From: Eledone cirrhosa
Lineage: Eukaryota
Assembly (NCBI GenBank): GCA_964016885.1
Contig: OZ024745.1
Location: forward strand, 93,310,001 to 93,374,000
Reading direction: 5' to 3'
DNA length: 64,000 bases
Positions 57,041 through 64,000 of this stretch are shown here, piece after piece (the first letter of the stretch is position 1; every line of letters starts with the position of its first letter). Both the position numbers and the translations under genes were made by a program. The notes beneath the pieces are model-generated. The model was not told the origin of the DNA. It saw nothing but the letters and a program-made list of their open reading frames with translations, and did not search any database.

Positions 57041-57739
57041 CAGAGTTTGGATGAACTGATGATCAATTAGTCAAGAAGTACCACGAAATCCCAGTAGAAG
57101 AAAGATCTACAGATTGATGTTCAGAACTGGGAAGAGCTAGTTTTAGAGAGGGTTGAATGGAGGAGGTATGTGAGGGAAGGCTTCTGAATGTTTGAAGAGG
57201 GACTTCTTGAACAGGAAAAGCTTCAGTGTTGGCTTCATATGGAGATGTGAAGCATGTAGTCATGTGCTGCTCTCTAAATCTGAGTATGTCTTCTTCTTCT
57301 TCTTCTTCTTCTTCTTCTTCTTCTTCTTCTTCTTCTCCCCCCCCCCTCCACTTATTCCTGTGCGGGTTGTGGGGACAGAGTCCTTAAACACTCCTTCTAG
57401 TGGGTCCTATCAGAAGCAACCAACTCCAACTCATCTGGCAAGATCTCTAAGTGAGACCAGCCGAGTTCATGGATGTTATCCAACCATCTTGCTTGGTTGA
57501 TTTTTACCTGTAAAATCTGTCCAGTGATTCTTTCCTGAGATATTCTAACCACATGCCCATAGTATTGGAGCTGTGATCTTTCAATTCGGAGCAGTACCAG
57601 CTCAACCTGGAGTGACTCTTTGATCTCCGAGCTTTATAGAGTAACCTTACTCTAACGATCATTCAGGTATGTTACTCATTTAAAATCACATGAAAGACTA
57701 GATATATGCAATACTCTCCTTTCAAAACCAGGTGAGACA

Positions 57740-57930
57740 ATCTGTGTGGTGTGCAGAAAAGTCTGCAAATCAATTTCTGGCCTCAAACGGCATATGAGAG
57801 TACATAAAGTTGACATCTTACAAACTGACCCAATCAATCCAATAGAGGACACATCATATGTTTGTCATGTTCACTGCAAACAATGCAGGTCTGCGGCTGG
57901 ACTAAAAAGTTATCTGAGAGGTCAAGAAAT
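57740..57930 (+). mobile_element. Decayed tandem C2H2 fingers, probably a LINE C-terminus
   Basis: CVVCRKVCKSISGLKRHMRVH...CKQCRSAAGLKSY; no splice context identified. Confidence 0.45.
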
Positions 57931-58064
57931 CGATGGCTGGTGGTTATGATTGTGATGAGAGTACAGAAGGAAATGGCAATCATCTGTGAAGATGAAGCAG
58001 TCACCATATCTGTCTGCTTGTCTATCTCTCTGTATGTCTGTATGTATGTAATTATATGTGCATG

Positions 58065-58135
<71 letters not shown>

Positions 58136-58143
<8 letters not shown>

Positions 58144-58763
58144 ATACTTGCGGAGGGTCATATTTGTGTAATATTGCCAGGATTAATAACAGAACACACT
58201 CACTGTTTGGTTGGTTTTCGCTTCTCGCTGTCTTTTATATCGGTAATCTAACTTACTCGGTCCTCAATGTTGCCATTGACTGACCGACGGTCAAAAATAA
58301 TACAGATACAATATAGACACAAACACATATATATAGTTTATCATAAATCTTTCGTTGCACATCTGCAACATCGTCAGTGGTGTTATATTTTCCTCCTGTT
58401 GTGTTGTATGTCTACGCCATTTTTATTCAGTCATATTTATTTATTTTCTTTAAAATAAATAAATATGACTGAATAAAAATGGCGTAGACATACAACACAA
58501 CAGGAGGAAAATATAACACCACTGACGATGTTGCAGATGTGCAACGAAAGATTTATGATAAACTATATATATGTGTTTGTGTCTATATTGTATCTGTATT
58601 ATTTTTGACCGTCGGTCAGTCAATGGCAACATTGAGGACCGAGTAAGTTAGATTACCGATATAAAAGACAGCGAGAAGCGAAAACCAACCAAACAGTGAG
58701 TGTGTTCTGTTATTAATTCTGGCAATATTACACAAATATGACCCTCCCCAAGTATAACAATAT
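58136..58763. mobile_element. Near-perfect 628-bp palindrome of two Penelope-type pLTRs
   Basis: Centre at about 58449; termini atgaccctcccca-agtataacaat resemble the pLTR end at 33520-33546; degenerate hammerheads at 58341-58380 (-) and 58519-58558 (+). Confidence 0.8.
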
Positions 58764-58817
58764 TTGTTTCGACACACCATTTCATATAAAAAACCTCGCA
58801 AAACTAATTCATTGCCG

Positions 58818-58896
<79 letters not shown>

Positions 58897-59780
58897 ATGC
58901 ATGTCTACCGGTATGTGTATATATGTGTATCTATGTGAGGGTTGTGTATATGTATATATGCATACATTTCGAATGCACTCGGTTATAAGGGATTTCTTAC
59001 GGTTTATGATAAACAAACTTATATAATAACAGTCACAACTACATACCAGGTGGATTTATTAGATATAAAATTTATAAAATTTATTAAATAATATAAGGTT
59101 TGTATAATAATATAAGGTTTGTATAATCTTAAATTTCCTTTATTATCTTAACATTTATAACATTTAATATAAGTAAATAACTTAATTTCCTTCACGCTGT
59201 TTGCTATTACATAGAAATGATTTTCTCCGGTTTTTCTCCGTTTTCTCAGAAAAATATATAAATTTAAAAAAATTCCTATATCTTAAACATAAAAAGTCAT
59301 TTATTGTATGTATGTATATGTATGTATGTGTAGGTATATATATATATATGTGTGCGTATGTATATATATGAATACATTCTTTTAATAATATATAGATTTT
59401 TTAATAATATATAGTTTTTAAAATAATAAATATTTATTTTTTCACTTCATCTTAAAAGTTACGATAATACAACAACCTATCACTTAGAGCTTTCTCTTTC
59501 TCTTTTTCTCTTTTCTTTTTTTTTCTTCTCTTTCTCTTTTTCTCTTTTCCTTGTTTTCTTATTTTCCTCTTAGAGTTTTCTCTTTTTATCTTTCTTTTCT
59601 TACCCTTTCTCCATACCCCAACGGTTTATTTTAAATCTACTGTGATTTAAACATATCCGACACTAATTTGCATAATAGAATAAATAAATTTAATAACCCC
59701 ACTATCCGGGAGTTTCCAACAGAAATGGTCGCATTCTTTAAGGGTATGTCAATATTTATTTATAAAACTGATCTATATTA

Positions 59781-59845
59781 TATTTTATCTGATGAAAGCA
59801 CACCATAATTTAACTTGGTGTCCTTGAAATATGTATAATGAAATA
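59781..59845 (+). ncRNA. Type I hammerhead, near-identical to 43348 (repeat copy 59456-59890)
   Basis: Same sequence as 43348-43412. Confidence 0.75.
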
Positions 59846-59887
59846 AATATGGTTTTATAAATATAGTTTCCATTTGTTAATATATCG

Positions 59888-59946
<59 letters not shown>

Positions 59947-59972
59947 TGTAATAAACAACATAAGGCAATTAT

Positions 59973-60030
59973 TCCATTTACCAGTGGTTTCTTAAAAGCA
60001 AAAAATGTTGCTTTCAATCATCAGAATGAA
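59973..60030 (-). ncRNA. Type I hammerhead in Penelope pLTR
   Basis: CATT CTGATGA TTGAAAGCA..TGCTTTTAA GAAA CCACTGG TA AATG. Confidence 0.8.
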
Positions 60031-60187
60031 AAAATCCTGGTCTATTTATTGATATTGGATTTAAAAAAACAAAAATGCAATCTATATGAAAGTGAGGCTG
60101 AAGAAGGAAGAAGGAAAGGAAAAATAAAATAAAAACACACATGCAAACACACACGCACACACACGATTACATACATACACACACACC

Positions 60188-60235
<48 letters not shown>

Positions 60236-60878
60236 CACACATACATACACACACACATATACACATATATATGTGTATATATATACATACACATACGTAT
60301 ACACATACATACATACACACATAAATATCAACATATCCATACATACAGATACATATATACAACCACACACATATATATACACATATATATATATATATAT
60401 ATATGCATACACATTCACATACATAGCCATACACACATACATACATACATACATACATACATACATACATACATACATACATACATACATACATACATAC
60501 ACACGTACATACAAACACATACATACACACATATATACATGCATACATATGCATGCACAATATTAGAAAAATATACACACACCTCTACATATTCACACAC
60601 GCAAATAAATATAAGAAAAAATATATATAAAATAATAAAGACAAAAGTTGACAGCGATACAGGCAACAAATAAATGAAAAAACACACGTGGTAAGCAATA
60701 CACACAAATGCACGTACACATACATACGTAAAAATAAATACATACACACACTCTCACACATAAATATACATATACAAATACATAAACACATACATACGCA
60801 TACACAAATACATACACACACACACACATATACATATATACACACACATATACATATATACACACACATATACATACA

Positions 60879-60933
<55 letters not shown>

Positions 60934-60959
60934 GTGTGTGTATATATATATATACACAC

Positions 60960-60990
<31 letters not shown>

Positions 60991-63269
60991 TAGGATTTGT
61001 GTGTGTGTGTCTGACCCTACGGCAGAGCTCAAGCCTTTTCTGAGGCTATTATATAAAAACACACAAAACCATTATATAAAAAATTAATATCTAAAAATAA
61101 AAAAATGTTTGGTATGTGAAGGGTAAGGCAAAAAAATAGGGGGGGGGGGATGACATAGGAAAAGGTTTAAATATAAGGGGAGATAAGGGAGAAAGAGAAT
61201 ACAAGAGTACAGAACGTGGATTCAGCAGGTAAAAAAACCGTAGTAGAAGTAAAGAGCAGGAAAGGAGTTCAAGGCGGTTGAGTTATCATAGGAATGTCAA
61301 TCCAGTTACAGATCAGATGTGATTTCAGATGAGGACAACATCTGAAGATCTCGGTCTTTGAGTTCAGGCAAGCAGAAGTGGCTTTCAAGTTTAGCAAAAT
61401 CCTATATTTTTCTGTGGTACACAAAGAACAATTCTTTGTGCCCCTTTGGTACTCCCTCGAATGGTCTAAAATAGACCAATCGATAGAGTACGGGATGTTT
61501 TTATCCTTGAATTCCCACACCTTACTTGCGAGGGCCGTTGTTGTTCGTTTATCGGAGTGCTTAAAAGAAGCGACATGTGAGTAAAACCTGGCTTTAAACC
61601 TATCCTGGGTCATACCGACATATCGCTCACTCCTGGCTGGCTGGTTGTTGTTTAAAGGTGTTATTTTAGCCTCATAAACAACAGATTTGGTGTTACATTT
61701 GCCCTGCAATGGGCATTCATCCGGCTTTCTGCAACTGCATCCTGGATTTGTTCTCGTATGATTTGAATTAGTGATCTTGGACTTCATAGATGGGCAACAA
61801 GAGTAACTGATCTTAACTACATTCCTATTAAATATCTTATAATATCTATGATTAGGAGGAAAATGTTTATCTAAGAGTTCAAGGAATTTCCTTCCTACAT
61901 TAGTTTTGACAGTTAGAGAGAAGGGGGGCTGTAAACCAAATAATTTTCCTTTACCTGTTATTGTGGTTAGTTTTAGGGGGGAGGGGGTAGGTAAATAATA
62001 AATTTGTTCAGTAAAACTGCTGTTCTTAAGGGCTTTATTATAATAAGGGGCGGCTTTATTAAAAATGTCTATAGGCGAAGATAAGGTAGAAATCCTACGG
62101 CTAATGTTGGGAATAAGATTATTAAAAACTATAGGGAGGTGGCAAGACTCTTTGTGTATATACCTAAGATTTTCATTAGGTTTATGATAAGGTTTAAAAG
62201 AGGCGGTAAGTAGATCAAGATTAATATCAAGAAAGTTAGCATTGGTAAGGTTCGTATCTATAGTGATTTTAAGGTTAAGATTAGCAAAGGTATTGATTAA
62301 ATCTTTACGGAATTTATCAAGGTTATGGCCGTTGGTGGTATGAGAAACTGCCAATCCGTCATCACGGTATAAACCGATATTATGGGAAGGAAATTTCTCT
62401 TTGAGGGTGTGGAGAAGGAATAATCCTACTGAGTCACACACATCCGCACTGTCATATGAACCCATTGCAACATCAAAAGAGTTTTCAGGGTTTGATTTTT
62501 TAACCCAAATATTTTCATTAGTAAAGAGTAAAGTTTTTCTAGCATGAAAGATCATGTCTTCTTCTAATTTAGAAATATTAATGAAGGGTCTTGCAAACTC
62601 TAAGGCATTAGTTAATAAAGAAACAGTAATAGAGGGGTAAAAATCAACAATATCATTTATTTGTTGCCTGTATCGCTGTCAACTTTTGTCTTTATTGTTT
62701 TATATATATTTTTTCTTATATTTATTTGTGTGTGTGAATATGTAGAGGTGTGTGTATATTTTTCTAATATTGTGCATGCATATGTATGCATGTATATATG
62801 TGTGTATGTATGTGTTTGTATGTACGTGTGTATATACGTATGATTGTGTGTATGTATGTATGTATGTATGTATGTATGTATGTATATGTATGTGTGTATG
62901 GCTATGTATGTGAATGTGTATGCATATATATATATATATATTTATATTTCTATATATATATGTGTATATATATGTGTGTGGTTGTATATATGTATGTGTA
63001 TGTATGGATATGTTGATATTTATGTGTGTATGTATGTGTATATGTATGTGTATGTATATATATACACATATATATGTGTATATGTGTGTATGTATGTGTG
63101 TATGTATATATATATATATATGTGTGTATGTATATAATCGTGTGTGTGTGTGTTTGCATGTGTGTTTTTATTTTATTTTTCCTTTCCTTCTTCCTTCTCC
63201 AGCCTCACTTTCATATAGATTGCATTTTTGTTTTTTAAAATCCAATATCAATAAATAGACCAGGATTTT

Positions 63270-63327
63270 TTCATCCTGATGATAAAAAGCAACATTTTTT
63301 GCTTTTAAGAAACCACTGGTAAATGGA
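63270..63327 (+). ncRNA. Type I hammerhead in inverted pLTR
   Basis: Mirror copy of 59973-60030 with a few substitutions. Confidence 0.7.
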
Positions 63328-63422
63328 ATAATTGCCTTATGTTGTTTATTACATAACTATTAAGCTCTGTTACCTACATAGAGCACTCTTTTTTCCTGGA
63401 CTTTTCCGACGGAATTACTTCA

Positions 63423-63487
<65 letters not shown>

Positions 63488-63596
63488 TTCGTATCTTCAA
63501 AGAAATACAGTTTTAGGAAGCCGTAGCTATGCAAACACCGGGGGCGGGGGGAGGTCTAACGCCCTCTGGTAATGTCCAGCAGAAGCAAGGGGGACA

Positions 63597-63640
63597 ACCG
63601 TCTATACATTTCAGGCTTAACTGGCCTTCGTCAGAACGGT
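63597..63640 (-). ncRNA. Minimal type I hammerhead
   Basis: ACCGTT CTGACGA AGGC cagttaa GCCT GAAA TGTA TA GACGGT. Confidence 0.75.
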
Positions 63641-63699
63641 CCCTCCCACCGCTTGCGACTGCTGGACTAGAAGACAGGCGAAAATATATCATTTTCTCG

Positions 63700-63749
<50 letters not shown>

Positions 63750-63757
63750 CGAGAAAA

Positions 63758-63798
<41 letters not shown>

Positions 63799-64000
63799 AT
63801 AGATCAGAAAGGGAGTGGTAAAATACCAAATGGACCATAACCCACCAGAGTACTCAATACTTGGGGTAGTAGAGTGGGTAATATGAAAAGATTCAGGACC
63901 CCGACGGCTGAGCTCCAGCTGTTTCAACAGCTAGATCCAGACTAAATTGCGGGTATTTGAACAGCAGGAATCTAGTTGAACTTATCATTTGGCCATGTCT

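Larger units (their letters stand above)
59942..63426 (-). mobile_element. 5'-truncated Penelope-like element with microsatellite-rich 3' region and inverted pLTR
   Basis: ORF about 62656-61269: DIVDFYPSI, GLYRDDG, FLDINL, CSCR..CPL.GKC, GIY-YIG (YVGMT..FKARF..H). 62657-63360 mirrors 59942-60675. Confidence 0.9.

Overview
This is an AT-rich, repeat-dominated animal genomic window. Its style (giant TA/TATG microsatellites, dense tRNA-type SINEs, RTE/CR1/Tx1 LINEs, Penelope elements) suggests a mollusc, probably a cephalopod such as Octopus; that is an inference. Almost all long ORFs in the supplied track are microsatellite or minisatellite artefacts. Three real things stand out. (1) A hidden minus-strand gene with seven coding exons (about 26808 to 8648), assembled by hand from splice signals and phases. 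It encodes a type I membrane glycoprotein: signal peptide, SUEL/galactose-lectin-like domain split by a Ser/Thr mucin insert, CUB-like domain, TM helix and short basic tail. It carries a few 1-nt indels, mostly in or next to homopolymer runs. (2) At least 15 type I hammerhead ribozyme motifs from about 10 different sequence families, many with palindromic stem III. They lie in Penelope-like pseudo-LTRs, fold-back palindromes and a 426-bp tandem, retrozyme-like unit, nearly all next to (TA)n tracts. (3) A varied set of transposons: a near full-length Tx1/L1 LINE, two truncated Penelope-like elements with inverted pLTRs, an internally deleted Helitron with intact ends, piggyBac-like and mariner-like MITEs, and CR1/RTE fragments.
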